A DNA stretch of 57,886 nucleotides, taken from positions 1-57,886 of IMG/VR virus record IMGVR_UViG_3300045973_000815, one strand, 5' to 3'. Origin of the DNA: a virus (taxonomy: Duplodnaviria; Caudoviricetes). Shown here one piece after another: positions 27,527-36,883 of the stretch (position 1 is its first letter; the number at the start of each line of letters is the position of its first letter). The translations under genes were made by a program, and so were the position numbers. Below the pieces are notes generated by a model, which ran no database searches, was not told where the DNA came from, and saw only the letters and a program-made list of their open reading frames with translations.

Positions 27527-28822
27527 ATGGCGATTCGATTCGACCGTGGCGAACTCCAGAAGCCGGTGAAGCAGTCCAACGGCTGGTTGCGCGTGGACGG
27601 CTACCTGACGCGGACGGGTATCTTCGAGTACCTGCAGCCCGACGGCACCAAGCGGCGCGAGTACCGTCCCCCCGAGGAAGTCTTCAAGGAGGACTCGCTC
27701 GAGACGTTCGCCATGGTGCCCGTCACCGACACCCACCCTCCCGTCATGCTGGACGCTGGCAACACGACGCAGTTCGCGCGAGGGGCCGTCAGCGACACGG
27801 TGAAGCGCGACGGCGACAAGGTGCGCGCCTCCCTCCTCATCACCGACGCGGCCCTCGTCGCGAAGCTGGAGGCGAAGGACGCCACCCAGGTGTCGTGCGG
27901 CTACATCTGCGACGTCGAGGACACCCCGGGCGAGTTCCAGGGGCAGAAGTACGACTCCATCCAGCGGAACATTCGGGGCAACCACGTCGCCATCGTGCCG
28001 CATGGGCGCGCCGGCGCAGAGGTACGCGTGCGCATGGACGGCAGCGCAACCATGGACCCGGGCGCGTGCGAGAAGTGCGGCGGCATGGCTGACAAGTGTG
28101 ACGCCGCCACCAAGTGCTGCGATGCCTGCACGCACCCTGCGGCAAAGGCAGACGGTGCAGATCGCGTCTACCGGGTGAAAAACTCGGGTGCTAACGATCT
28201 CGACACCACCAACGAGGCGCACGGCGCCCAAGGACAAGTACCCATGAGCAAGATTCGCATCGATGGCGTGGACTACGACCCGAGCACCGAGGCCTTCGCG
28301 CAGGCGCTGGCGAAGCGCGACGAGAAGATCGCCGCCGACATGGCCGCGCTGAAGTCGTCCCTCACCGAGGCCACCGCGAAGGCCGACAAGGCCGAGGGCC
28401 GCGCCGACGCCGCCGCCGAGGCGCTCAAGAAGGCCGAGGCCGACTTGAAGGAGCTGCCCGCGAAGGTGCGCTCTGACATGGCAGCGCGGGCCGAACTGGA
28501 CGCCCGCGCGCGCGTCATCCTGGGCAAGGACGCGAAGCTGGACAGCGTCTCGCCGCTCGAGGTCCGCAAGATGGTGCTGGCGAAGCTGTCGCCCGAGCTC
28601 AAGCTGGACGGCCGCAGCGAGGCGTACGTCGAGGCCCGCTTCGACGCGGCGCTCGAGGCCGCCGAGAAGGACGACAGCGAGTGGCAGAAGGACGCCGACA
28701 AGCTGGACGCCGGCACGAAGCCCGCCGACGTGAAGCTGGACGCCGACGAGGCCAAGAAGGCCTTCATCAAGGCCTCGCAGGACGCGTGGAAGAAGCCCCT
28801 CACCTCGGCGAAGTCGGTCTGA
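27527..28822 (+). CDS. DUF2213-type prohead protease/scaffold
   Basis: TRTGIFEY, YRPPEEVF, PVTDTHP, SCGY, QRNIRGNHVAIVPHGRAG; coiled-coil C-terminus. Confidence 0.88.
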   Translation: MAIRFDRGELQKPVKQSNGWLRVDGYLTRTGIFEYLQPDGTKRREYRPPEEVFKEDSLETFAMVPVTDTHPPVMLDAGNTTQFARGAVSDTVKRDGDKVRASLLITDAALVAKLEAKDATQVSCGYICDVEDTPGEFQGQKYDSIQRNIRGNHVAIVPHGRAGAEVRVRMDGSATMDPGACEKCGGMADKCDAATKCCDACTHPAAKADGADRVYRVKNSGANDLDTTNEAHGAQGQVPMSKIRIDGVDYDPSTEAFAQALAKRDEKIAADMAALKSSLTEATAKADKAEGRADAAAEALKKAEADLKELPAKVRSDMAARAELDARARVILGKDAKLDSVSPLEVRKMVLAKLSPELKLDGRSEAYVEARFDAALEAAEKDDSEWQKDADKLDAGTKPADVKLDADEAKKAFIKASQDAWKKPLTSAKSV

Positions 28823-28859
28823 AGTCCGACTCAACCCAAGCAACCACAAGGACGACACC

Positions 28860-29357
28860 ATGAGCCAGACTGCTTACTCGACGTACCAGACGGCCGCCTT
28901 CGCGGGCATGCTCGCCGACAACGGCGACGCGGACATCCTGTCGTACATCAACGAAGAGGCATCGGCCGTCCTGCCCTTCGGCATCGCCGTGATGAAGGGC
29001 ACCGCCGACTTCGGCGCGCTGCTCCCCGCCTCGGCTGGCGCCGTCATGGTGGGCATCGCCGCGCACACCCACCAGGTGGACCCGGGCCAGGCGGGCAGCA
29101 CGCCTGCGGGCGCGGGCATCCCCCCGAAGTACCTCATCAACACCCTGAAGCGCGGGCGCATGTACGTGCAGGTCGAGGAGGCCGTGACGCCTGCCTCGCC
29201 CGTCTTCGTGCGCTACGCCTCGGGCTCCGGTGGCACCCAGAAGGGCGCCTTCCGCGCGTCGGCCGACACGGCCACCGCCGTGGCCTGGACCGCCGCCCGC
29301 TACCTCACCTCCGCTGCCATCGCCGGCTACGCGGTTGTCGAAGTCAACCTGCCGTAA
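28860..29357 (+). CDS. Capsid cement/decoration protein
   Basis: PFGIAV, GRMYVQVEEAVTPASPVFVR; lies before the MCP. Confidence 0.8.
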   Translation: MSQTAYSTYQTAAFAGMLADNGDADILSYINEEASAVLPFGIAVMKGTADFGALLPASAGAVMVGIAAHTHQVDPGQAGSTPAGAGIPPKYLINTLKRGRMYVQVEEAVTPASPVFVRYASGSGGTQKGAFRASADTATAVAWTAARYLTSAAIAGYAVVEVNLP

Positions 29358-29383
29358 GCCGAGCCCCTGAAAGGAACTGACAC

Positions 29384-30328
29384 ATGGCACCCCGCAGCTA
29401 CAACCTCCCCAAGCTCGACGCGGCTGAGAACATCTTCTTCGCCCGTGAACTCGAGCAGATCCGCGCCAAGTCGTACGACATCAAGTACGCGCAGCGGAAG
29501 ATTCGCACCCTGGTTCCGGTCGACAACTCCGTCGACCCCGGCGCCGAAGTGGTGACGTACAGCCAGTACGACCGCGTTGGCGTGGCGAAGCTGATCGCCT
29601 CGTACGCGGAAGACCTCCCCCGCGCGGACGTGAAGGGCAAGCAGTTCAGCGTCACGGTGAAGGGCATGGGCTCCAGCTACGGCTACTCCGTGCAGGAGAT
29701 CCGCAGCGCTCGCCTGGCCGGCAAGCCGCTGGACTCGCGCAAGGCTGACGCTGCGCGGCAGGCCATCGAGGACAAGATCGACTCCATCGGCGCGGTCGGC
29801 GACACCGCGACCGGCCTCGTGGGCCTGCTGAACATCGCGTCGGCCCAGACGTACACCATCACGGCTGGCGCTGGCACCCAGACGAAGTGGAACTTCGGCG
29901 CGACGCCGAAGACGGGCCTCGAGGTCATCAAGGACATGAACTCGGCGGTGCACACCGTGGTGACCGTCACCAAGGAAGCCGAGAAGCCCGACACGCTGCT
30001 GCTGCCGGTCGCGCAGTACGCGTACATCGCGTCGACGCCCCTGCAGTCGGGCAGCGACACGACCATCCTGCAGTTCTTCCTGCGGAACTCGCCGTACATC
30101 AAGGCGGTCGAGCCCTGGGAGAAGCTGGCGGGCGCTGGCTCGGGGGCGACGGACCGCATGATGGCGTACCGGCGTGACCCGGACGCGCTGATGTTGGTCA
30201 TCCCGCAGGAGTTCGAGCAGTTCCCTCCCGATCAGGAAGGCCTCAACTCGGTCATCGCGTGCCACGCGCGCATCGCGGGCGTGCAGTGCTTCTACCCGCT
30301 GTCGGTCATTTACGCGGACGGGGTCTGA
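29384..30328 (+). CDS. Major capsid protein (DUF2184-like)
   Basis: FFARELEQI, YGYSVQEI, GLVGLLN, PDTLLLP, YPLSVIYADGV; AAAGGA RBS. Confidence 0.92.
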   Translation: MAPRSYNLPKLDAAENIFFARELEQIRAKSYDIKYAQRKIRTLVPVDNSVDPGAEVVTYSQYDRVGVAKLIASYAEDLPRADVKGKQFSVTVKGMGSSYGYSVQEIRSARLAGKPLDSRKADAARQAIEDKIDSIGAVGDTATGLVGLLNIASAQTYTITAGAGTQTKWNFGATPKTGLEVIKDMNSAVHTVVTVTKEAEKPDTLLLPVAQYAYIASTPLQSGSDTTILQFFLRNSPYIKAVEPWEKLAGAGSGATDRMMAYRRDPDALMLVIPQEFEQFPPDQEGLNSVIACHARIAGVQCFYPLSVIYADGV

Positions 30329-30345
30329 CTTTCCCCAGGCAGCAC

Positions 30346-30394
30346 CCCGCCCCGGCCACGCGCGCACGTCGCGTGGAACCACCGGGGCGGGTTT
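30346..30394 (+). terminator. Hairpin after the MCP, probable partial terminator
   Basis: CCCGCCCCGG/CCGGGGCGGG plus CCACGCG/CGCGTGG stems, followed by TTT. Confidence 0.6.
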
Positions 30395-30397
30395 CAT

Positions 30398-30458
30398 GAG
30401 GGGGAAGGAAGCGCGTCATCGCGCTGGCCTGCAGTTGGTTCAAGTCCCGCCCCTCTCG
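30398..30458 (+). ncRNA. tRNA-like structure lacking a D arm
   Basis: GAGGGGG/CCCTCTC stem, GGTTCAAGTCC T-loop, AGCGCG-TCAT-CGCGCT hairpin. Confidence 0.35.
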
Positions 30459-30481
30459 TCACGCAGACTCGGAGAACGCAC

Positions 30482-30820
30482 ATGCTGATTGTCTACAACC
30501 GCGAAGGGCTGCACCACGCCGGCAACCTGCACCTCCTGCCTGGCCTCAACGACGTCGACGAGAAGGACTTCGCCGAGGTGTCGAAGTTCGAGGCCTTCAA
30601 GGCTCTCGTCGAAGAGGACATCATCGAGGTGCTGACGTCGAAGGACGGCAAGCAGCTCGTCTCGGCGGACATCGCGAAGCTGCCCGAGAAGAAGGCCATC
30701 GAGTTGGTGGCTAAGACGGTGTCGAAGGGGCTCCTGCTTTCGATGCAGGCCGCTGAGAAGCGCCAGGCGGTGCTGGACGCCATCTCGGCGCAGTTGGACG
30801 CCATCAACCCCAAGCTGTAA
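30482..30820 (+). CDS. Hypothetical head-associated protein
   Basis: GGAGA RBS; strong codon bias; position. Confidence 0.75.
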   Translation: MLIVYNREGLHHAGNLHLLPGLNDVDEKDFAEVSKFEAFKALVEEDIIEVLTSKDGKQLVSADIAKLPEKKAIELVAKTVSKGLLLSMQAAEKRQAVLDAISAQLDAINPKL

Positions 30821-30832
30821 GCGCTCCCGCCC

Positions 30833-31201
30833 ATGGCCCTCACCGTCGACAAAGCGGACGTGCTGCTGGTTGCCGCCGAGTTGTCGACGGTGACGGACGC
30901 GCAATGGGCGTCCATCTGGGCCGACGTCGAGCTCGAGGTGGGCGTGGCTGGAGCCGGGAGTCAGGTGCGTGCTGACAGACTGGCCGTGCAGCTGGCCGCG
31001 CACATGGCAACCGTGAGGCACGTACGCAGCGGAGGGGCTGCGTCGCCCGGCCCGCTCACCTCGGTGTCGATGGGCGGCGTGTCGAAGTCCTACGCGCAGC
31101 CCGCTGGTGGCGTACGCAACTCCGCGCTCGAGTCGACGAAGTACGGGCAGGAGTACGTGAGGCTGACTCGTCTGTTCGGCAGGCGCATTCTCGTCACCTG
31201 A
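30833..31201 (+). CDS. Head-tail adaptor (DUF4054-like)
   Basis: LAAHMA, SVSMGGVSKSY, TKYGQEY. Confidence 0.82.
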   Translation: MALTVDKADVLLVAAELSTVTDAQWASIWADVELEVGVAGAGSQVRADRLAVQLAAHMATVRHVRSGGAASPGPLTSVSMGGVSKSYAQPAGGVRNSALESTKYGQEYVRLTRLFGRRILVT

Positions 31202-31207
31202 GGCGCC

Positions 31208-31681
31208 ATGCGCACGCGACTCACCATCAAGGACAAGGGCCTGGCCAGACTCCTGAAGGTGAGTGAGTCGCTGGCGAGGAAGCCCTACGTGAAGGTGGGC
31301 GTCATGGGCGACTCTGCCCGCGCGCCTCGCGAGGGAAACGTCGACACCATCGCCCTCGCCGTCATCCACGAGTTTGGCGTGCCCCAACGTCGCATCCCTG
31401 CCCGCCCCTTCCTGCGCAGTACCTTCGACGCGAAGAAGTCCGCGTGGAACTCCCTGCTGTCGCGCATGGCGCTGGGCGTGGTGCGCGGCAAGCTGACGGT
31501 GGAACAGGCCCTCGGGCTGCTGGGGCAGCGCGCGGCGGCTGACGTGAAGCTGCGCATCACCACGGGCAGCAACTTCGTCCCCAACGCCCCGATGACCATC
31601 GCACGCAAGGGCAGCTCGAGGCCTCTCGTCGACACAGGGCGGCTTGTCGCCTCAATTTCGTATGTCGTGGTGACGCCTTGA
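31208..31681 (+). CDS. Neck/tail-completion protein
   Basis: VKVGV, IHEFG, IPARPFLR, PNAPMTIARKGSSRPLVDTG. Confidence 0.85.
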   Translation: MRTRLTIKDKGLARLLKVSESLARKPYVKVGVMGDSARAPREGNVDTIALAVIHEFGVPQRRIPARPFLRSTFDAKKSAWNSLLSRMALGVVRGKLTVEQALGLLGQRAAADVKLRITTGSNFVPNAPMTIARKGSSRPLVDTGRLVASISYVVVTP

Positions 31682-32037
31682 GCGCCTTCGAGGACATGTC
31701 TGACGTGGTGGGCCTGCTGTCCACGGGCACCTACGTCGTCACGCGGCCAGGGGCGACGGCGTACGTCAACGGCGTGCGCACGGTGGGGACGCCCACCGTC
31801 TTCAGCATCGACGCGCACATTCAGCCACTGACGGGCCTGCAGTTGGACAGGCAGCCGGATGGCTTCCGCAACTCGGAGAAGCTGGTGTGCTTCACCGTCG
31901 TCGAGCTACGCACCGTCGACGCTGCGGAGCCAGACACCGTGACTGTCTTCGGGCTGGCGCACCAGGTTGAGTCCGTGCAGCGTTGGAGCAACCTCGGAAA
32001 CTTCTACCGCGCCATCCTCGTGAGGCCCGCCAAATGA
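31678..32037 (+). CDS. Head closure-like protein
   Basis: IQPL..., size and position. Confidence 0.7.
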   Translation: MSAFEDMSDVVGLLSTGTYVVTRPGATAYVNGVRTVGTPTVFSIDAHIQPLTGLQLDRQPDGFRNSEKLVCFTVVELRTVDAAEPDTVTVFGLAHQVESVQRWSNLGNFYRAILVRPAK

Positions 32038-32561
32038 CGTGGGCTGACGTCGAGACTGCGGTGGTGCAGTGGGTGAAGTCGTCGACTGGACTCGGCGACG
32101 CGGCCATTGTCCTCGGCCACCAGAATGGCCCCAGCCCATTCCCTGGGCCAGGCGCACAGGTGTACTTCGGCGACTTCGTCAGCGAGGGCGCCGCTGATGA
32201 CTTGACGTGGGACTTCGATGCGGGCCGTCCTGCGGGCGCGGAGATCGTCTTCACCTCGACGGGCTGGCGCACCGTGTCGTGCACCGTCAACTTCTTCTCA
32301 CCTGGCACCACGGGCAACTCGACGGCGCGCACCCTCGCGCAACAGGCGCAGTCAGGTGTGCGCCTACCGTCAGCACGCAGCGCGCTGAATGCAGCGGGCA
32401 TCGGCGTCATGGACGAAGGCCACGTCCGATGGGTGCCTGTGCAGGATTCGGGCGTGTGGTACGGAATGGCTGTGCTGGAAGTGAAGCTGCTCCTCCGCGC
32501 GACGGCCACTGAGGCCGTTGGCTACATCGCAACAGTTGTCCCCACCACCACGGTGACTTGA
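32034..32561 (+). CDS. Tail terminator-like protein
   Basis: Size and position before the sheath. Confidence 0.7.
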   Translation: MTWADVETAVVQWVKSSTGLGDAAIVLGHQNGPSPFPGPGAQVYFGDFVSEGAADDLTWDFDAGRPAGAEIVFTSTGWRTVSCTVNFFSPGTTGNSTARTLAQQAQSGVRLPSARSALNAAGIGVMDEGHVRWVPVQDSGVWYGMAVLEVKLLLRATATEAVGYIATVVPTTTVT

Positions 32562-32568
32562 GGTCCAC

Positions 32569-33909
32569 ATGTCGGCACTCGCAGATGTCGTTTCCGTCTC
32601 CATCACCAGCGCCACCAGCAACCCCACGCAGGCGGGATTCGGGACGCCCCTCATCCTCAGCAACTCGGCCTCGGCCTGGCTGACTGGCAACGCGGCTGAC
32701 GTGGTGCGCGAGTATACCGACGCGACGGCGGTGGCCCTGGACTTCGCCACCACCACGCCGGAGTACAAGGCGGCGTCGAAGGCCTTCAGCGCCAACCCCC
32801 GCCCGCCCAAGGTGCTGGTGGGCAAGGGTACCCTCAAGCCGGTGCCGCGCTACACCATCGTCCCTGTCGTCCAGCCGGTGGGCTTCGTCTACAAGTTCTC
32901 CGTCATCGGCACGTCGGGCGTGGCCGTGCCCCTGACGTGCACCGTCGTGACGTCGACGCTGGCGGCCATCTGCGCCGGCATCCTCGCGGCCATCAACACG
33001 GCTGCGGTGGCGGGCGTGCCCACGGCGACGGGCGGCATTACCAACGTGCAGCTGACGGGCACGGCGGGCGTGTGGTTCGGCTTCACCCCCACCGACTTCA
33101 CCAACATCGGCGTCACGGTGGACAACGCGGACCCGGGCGTGGCGACGGACCTGGCCGCCATCAACCTCGTGCGGAGCGACTGGTACTTCCTCCTCACCGT
33201 CTTCAACTCGACGGCGTCGGTGACTGCGGCGGCGGCGTGGGCGCAGGCCAACGGGAAGTTCTACCAGGCGCAGACGCAGGAGACGAACGTCCCCAACGTC
33301 GCCAGCGGCAGCGACACCACGTCGGTGGCGTACCTGCTGAAGGCCAGCGCGTACGACAACACGTACCTGCAGTTCAGCCCTGGCGCCGACGACTTCCTCG
33401 ACGCTGGCCTCACTGGCGTCGTGGCGCCCTTCACTCCCGGCGACGAGACGTGGAAGTTCAAGACCATCAGCGGCTGCCCGGTGACGGCCTTCACCGCTAC
33501 GCAGCGCACCAACATGCGGGCGAAGTACTGCAACTTCTACGAGACGACGCAGGGCGTCCCGATGACGGAGGAAGGCCAGTCCTCGTCGGGCAAGTACAGC
33601 GACCTGGTGCGCTACCTCAACTACCTGCAGGCGCGCGTGGGCGAGCGAGTCTTCGGGCGCCTCGCTGCCTTCCCCAAGGTGCCGTACACCGACGAGGGCA
33701 TCGCCGTCGTCTCGGGCGAAGTCGCCGGCCAGCTGCAGGAAGACGAGAAGCGCGGCGCCATCGCGCCAGGCTGGACCGTCTCGGTGCCCAAGGCTGCCAA
33801 CGTCAGCGCCCTCGACAAGTCCTCACGCACACTGCGCAACGTGGTGTTCGCCGCGACGTACGCGGGCGCCATTCATCGAGTGCTGATTTCTGGCTCCGTG
33901 AGCGCGTAA
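32569..33909 (+). CDS. Tail sheath protein (DUF3383-like)
   Basis: AGFGTPLIL, DWY, TWKFKT, KVPYTDEG, AGAIH. Confidence 0.92.
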   Translation: MSALADVVSVSITSATSNPTQAGFGTPLILSNSASAWLTGNAADVVREYTDATAVALDFATTTPEYKAASKAFSANPRPPKVLVGKGTLKPVPRYTIVPVVQPVGFVYKFSVIGTSGVAVPLTCTVVTSTLAAICAGILAAINTAAVAGVPTATGGITNVQLTGTAGVWFGFTPTDFTNIGVTVDNADPGVATDLAAINLVRSDWYFLLTVFNSTASVTAAAAWAQANGKFYQAQTQETNVPNVASGSDTTSVAYLLKASAYDNTYLQFSPGADDFLDAGLTGVVAPFTPGDETWKFKTISGCPVTAFTATQRTNMRAKYCNFYETTQGVPMTEEGQSSSGKYSDLVRYLNYLQARVGERVFGRLAAFPKVPYTDEGIAVVSGEVAGQLQEDEKRGAIAPGWTVSVPKAANVSALDKSSRTLRNVVFAATYAGAIHRVLISGSVSA

Positions 33910-33936
33910 CCCCGCTGCACCAACTGAGGAACGACC

Positions 33937-34365
33937 ATGTTCGACACGTACGACCCGGCGCAGATCAACTTCAGCTTCAACGGCTTCCTCATCAGCGGCT
34001 TCATGGACGGCACGTTCATCACCATCGAGCGCAAGGAGGACTCGTGGACGCCGCACATCGGCGCGGACGGCGAGTACGCCCGCGCGCGCAATCGCAACCA
34101 GTCGGGCACCATCAAGTTCACGGTGATGCAGACGTCCTCGTCGAATGACTTCCTGTCGACGCAGATGGCGCTGGACGAGGTGACTGGCCTGGGCACGGGG
34201 GTCGCCATGCTGCGCGACGGGTTGGGCCGCACCGTCGTCATGGGCGCGGACGCCTACCTGCTGAAGCCAGCGCAGGTGCAGTACGGCAAGGAGATCGCCG
34301 GACGCGAGTGGACGCTCGAGGTGCCGAAGCTCGAGGTGTTCATCGGCGGGAACGGGCTGACGTGA
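33937..34365 (+). CDS. Tail tube protein (DUF3277-like)
   Basis: TYDP, GADGE, MQTSSSN, REW. Confidence 0.9.
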   Translation: MFDTYDPAQINFSFNGFLISGFMDGTFITIERKEDSWTPHIGADGEYARARNRNQSGTIKFTVMQTSSSNDFLSTQMALDEVTGLGTGVAMLRDGLGRTVVMGADAYLLKPAQVQYGKEIAGREWTLEVPKLEVFIGGNGLT

Positions 34366-34598
34366 GACTCGCCGAGCTCGACCCGAAGCTGACCGACGGT
34401 CGGCTGCGCTTCCGATGCCCAGCATGCGGCGAGCACCAAATCAGCATCCCCGTCGGGCCCGTCTTCCAGGCGGTTCCGCCAATCTGGTCGGTCGCAGGCA
34501 CGCTGGAGAACCTCACGGTGCGCCCGTCCATCGATGCCCTCACGCCCCCGTGCAGGTGGCATGGCTTCATCACCAACGGGGCCATCGAGACGTGCTGA
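34362..34598 (+). CDS. DUF6527-like small Cys/His protein
   Basis: FRCPACG.H...W......ENLTVRPSI......CRWHGFITNG. Confidence 0.7.
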   Translation: MRLAELDPKLTDGRLRFRCPACGEHQISIPVGPVFQAVPPIWSVAGTLENLTVRPSIDALTPPCRWHGFITNGAIETC

Positions 34599-34639
34599 CG
34601 TGACGTAACGAGTCGCACGGCGTAGCTTGCAGGGCGTCA

Positions 34640-34655
34640 GTGCACGCGATTGCAC
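34640..34655. promoter_or_regulatory. 16-bp palindromic site upstream of the tail chaperone
   Basis: GTGCACGCGATTGCAC. Confidence 0.72.
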
Positions 34656-34682
34656 TGGCGCCCTTCTTCTTTCGGAGACGCA

Positions 34683-35153
34683 ATGATTGAGCCCCACCGC
34701 CGCACCATCGATGGCTTCGACTTCGAGCTGACTCCCCTGCCCGCCTGGGCCTCGCTCGAGACCTTCCCCCGCATCACCAAGTTCCTCTCGCCCGTAGTCG
34801 ATGGGCTTGGCGACGTCGGCGGCGACAGGACGATGGCCTTGAAGGGCGTCGCGAAGGCGATTCAGGGGTTGTCCTCAAGCAACCCCGCCGAGTTGAAGGC
34901 CCTCACCCAGAAGCTCCTCGAGTCCTGCCTCATCACCTACGAGGGGAAGCAGGTCCGGTTGCTGACCATCTTCGACATCGCTATGCAGGCGCGCCTCCTC
35001 ACCGTCTTCAAGGTGCTGGCGTGGGCGGTGGAGGTCAACTACCAGGATTTTTTCGACGTGCTGAAGAGCGGGTTGTCCGCCATCGGAAGCAAGACGGGAT
35101 TCCTCTCCAAGCTCCAGACGCCGTCCTCGCCGTCTGGCCCTGCTACCGAGTGA
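34683..35153 (+). CDS. Tail assembly chaperone
   Basis: Lies before the tape measure; EVNYQDFF motif. Confidence 0.85.
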   Translation: MIEPHRRTIDGFDFELTPLPAWASLETFPRITKFLSPVVDGLGDVGGDRTMALKGVAKAIQGLSSSNPAELKALTQKLLESCLITYEGKQVRLLTIFDIAMQARLLTVFKVLAWAVEVNYQDFFDVLKSGLSAIGSKTGFLSKLQTPSSPSGPATE

Positions 35154-35278
35154 TGGACGCGGGCTGGGCTTCCCTCGTGGAACTCCAGTCGCAGTGGACG
35201 TTGGGCGACCTGCTGAATGCCTGTGACGCGCTGGACGCACTCGAGGAAGCTCGAGCGGCCGCATCGAAGAAGGGGTGA
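35048..35278 (+). CDS. -1 frameshift extension of the tail chaperone (G-T type)
   Basis: In-phase slippery heptamer T-TTT-TTC at 35048-35054; -1 frame open to 35278 with ASLVELQSQWTLGDLL. Confidence 0.8.
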   Translation, partial: FFRRAEERVVRHRKQDGIPLQAPDAVLAVWPCYRVMDAGWASLVELQSQWTLGDLLNACDALDALEEARAAASKKG

Positions 35279-35281
35279 CGC

Positions 35282-36883
35282 ATGGAGTCCGTACGCGAGT
35301 TGTTCCTCACGCTGGGTCTCGACGCTGACGAGTCCAAGTTCGCCTCCGCGCAGCTGGCCGTTGACGGGCTCGAGAAGGGGCTGGGCTTCCTCGTCGACGC
35401 GGCCCAGGCCCTCGCCTCCTTCCTCGTGGACGCAGTCCAGGGCACGGAGGAGTACGGCTCGAAGGTTGCGGACCTCTCCGCGCGAAGCGGCATCGCCACC
35501 GACGCGCTGCAGGGCATCGGCTATGCAGCGGAACAGTCTGGCTCTACCTTCGAGGACGCCACGCGCGCCCTTGAGGTGCTGGGGAAGACGATGGGCGAGG
35601 CGAAGGGAGGAAGCGCGGAGGCGCAGGCAGCCTTCGCCAAGCTGGGCGTGCGCGTCACCGACGCCAGCGGCAACCTGCGCGACTCCACCGAAGTCATGTA
35701 CGAGGCGGCGGACGGCCTGCTGAAGCTGCCCGAGGGCGCAGAGCGCAGCAACGCGGCAATGGCCGTCTTCGGGCGCGGCGCGAAGGCCCTGGGCGGGCTG
35801 CTGTCTGAGGGCGGCGCCGGCATCCGTGCGATGGCGCAGGAGGCGCAGGACCTCGACCTCATCATGTCCACCGACTCAGTGAAGGCTGCGGACACCTTCG
35901 GCGATAGCATGGGCAGCGTCCACCGCATCGTCGCGCGCTTCTCACAGTACATCGGCGAGACGTTGATTCCCGTCCTTCAGCCGATGCTGGACGGCTTCAA
36001 GGAGTGGTGGAAGGCCAACAACCAGCTGGTGCGCCAGCGCGTCGAGAAGTGGCTCGAGGGCGTCATCAGGTTCCTGAAGGGCACAGCCGCCGTCGTCGAG
36101 TTCGTGGTGAAGCGTTTCGAAGACTTCGTCAACGTCCTGAAGTTCATCGGCATCGCCATTGCCAGCTACGTCGTCGCCTCAGGCATTGTCGCAATCAGTA
36201 CGATGATCGGAATGGTCGCCGCAGCTGCCGCAGCAGAGGGCGGCTTCATCGCACTTGGCGTCTCGATGGTTGCCGCAGGATGGGAAGCAGCGGCGGCATG
36301 GGGCGCTGCCGACGTCACCGTCTTTGCGCTTGCTGGTGCCCTCGTAATTCTCGCCCTCATCGTCGACGACATCTACGTGACGCTGCAGGGCGGGGATTCG
36401 ATCATGGGTGAGTTCGGAGGAGAACTCGCGGCATGGATTGAGTCATGGTCGGAGCCATCGAAGGAAGACAACTGGCTCATCGCCGGAATCAAGAAGGCCT
36501 GGTGGTACCTCAACGACATTCAAGAGCGCCTGCTGCCTGCCATCATGGGCAAGCGCGGATACGGCAGCGCGCAGGTCGGTGAGGTCCGGCCTGGCGAAAC
36601 GCCAGAGCAGGCAGCTGCTCGACTCGGCGGCCACTTCGTCAACGTGGCGAACGGGGCAAGCGCATTCGGGGAGGCCTCACTTACGCCGCAGGGCACCGCT
36701 CAATCGCAGGAGCGCGCCAACTACGTGATGGCTCAGACGAACGTCACCGGGACAACCGTCACTGTCCACGCAGCGCCTGGACAGGATGCCCATTCGGTCG
36801 GTGTCGAGGTCACGAAGCAGATGGATACGTGGTGGAGTGAGAAGGCCTCGGCAGCACACGCAGTTGCGGGAGTGAAGCGATGA
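35282..36883 (+). CDS. Tape measure protein
   Basis: Ala-rich helical protein, FAKLGVRVTDASGNLRD, hydrophobic segments; position. Confidence 0.9.
   Translation: MESVRELFLTLGLDADESKFASAQLAVDGLEKGLGFLVDAAQALASFLVDAVQGTEEYGSKVADLSARSGIATDALQGIGYAAEQSGSTFEDATRALEVLGKTMGEAKGGSAEAQAAFAKLGVRVTDASGNLRDSTEVMYEAADGLLKLPEGAERSNAAMAVFGRGAKALGGLLSEGGAGIRAMAQEAQDLDLIMSTDSVKAADTFGDSMGSVHRIVARFSQYIGETLIPVLQPMLDGFKEWWKANNQLVRQRVEKWLEGVIRFLKGTAAVVEFVVKRFEDFVNVLKFIGIAIASYVVASGIVAISTMIGMVAAAAAAEGGFIALGVSMVAAGWEAAAAWGAADVTVFALAGALVILALIVDDIYVTLQGGDSIMGEFGGELAAWIESWSEPSKEDNWLIAGIKKAWWYLNDIQERLLPAIMGKRGYGSAQVGEVRPGETPEQAAARLGGHFVNVANGASAFGEASLTPQGTAQSQERANYVMAQTNVTGTTVTVHAAPGQDAHSVGVEVTKQMDTWWSEKASAAHAVAGVKR

Noticed and set aside
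27491-28861. Long antisense ORFs (also 4210-5757, 29327-30397 and many others)
   Set aside because: Shadow ORFs expected from high GC3; no recognisable motifs.
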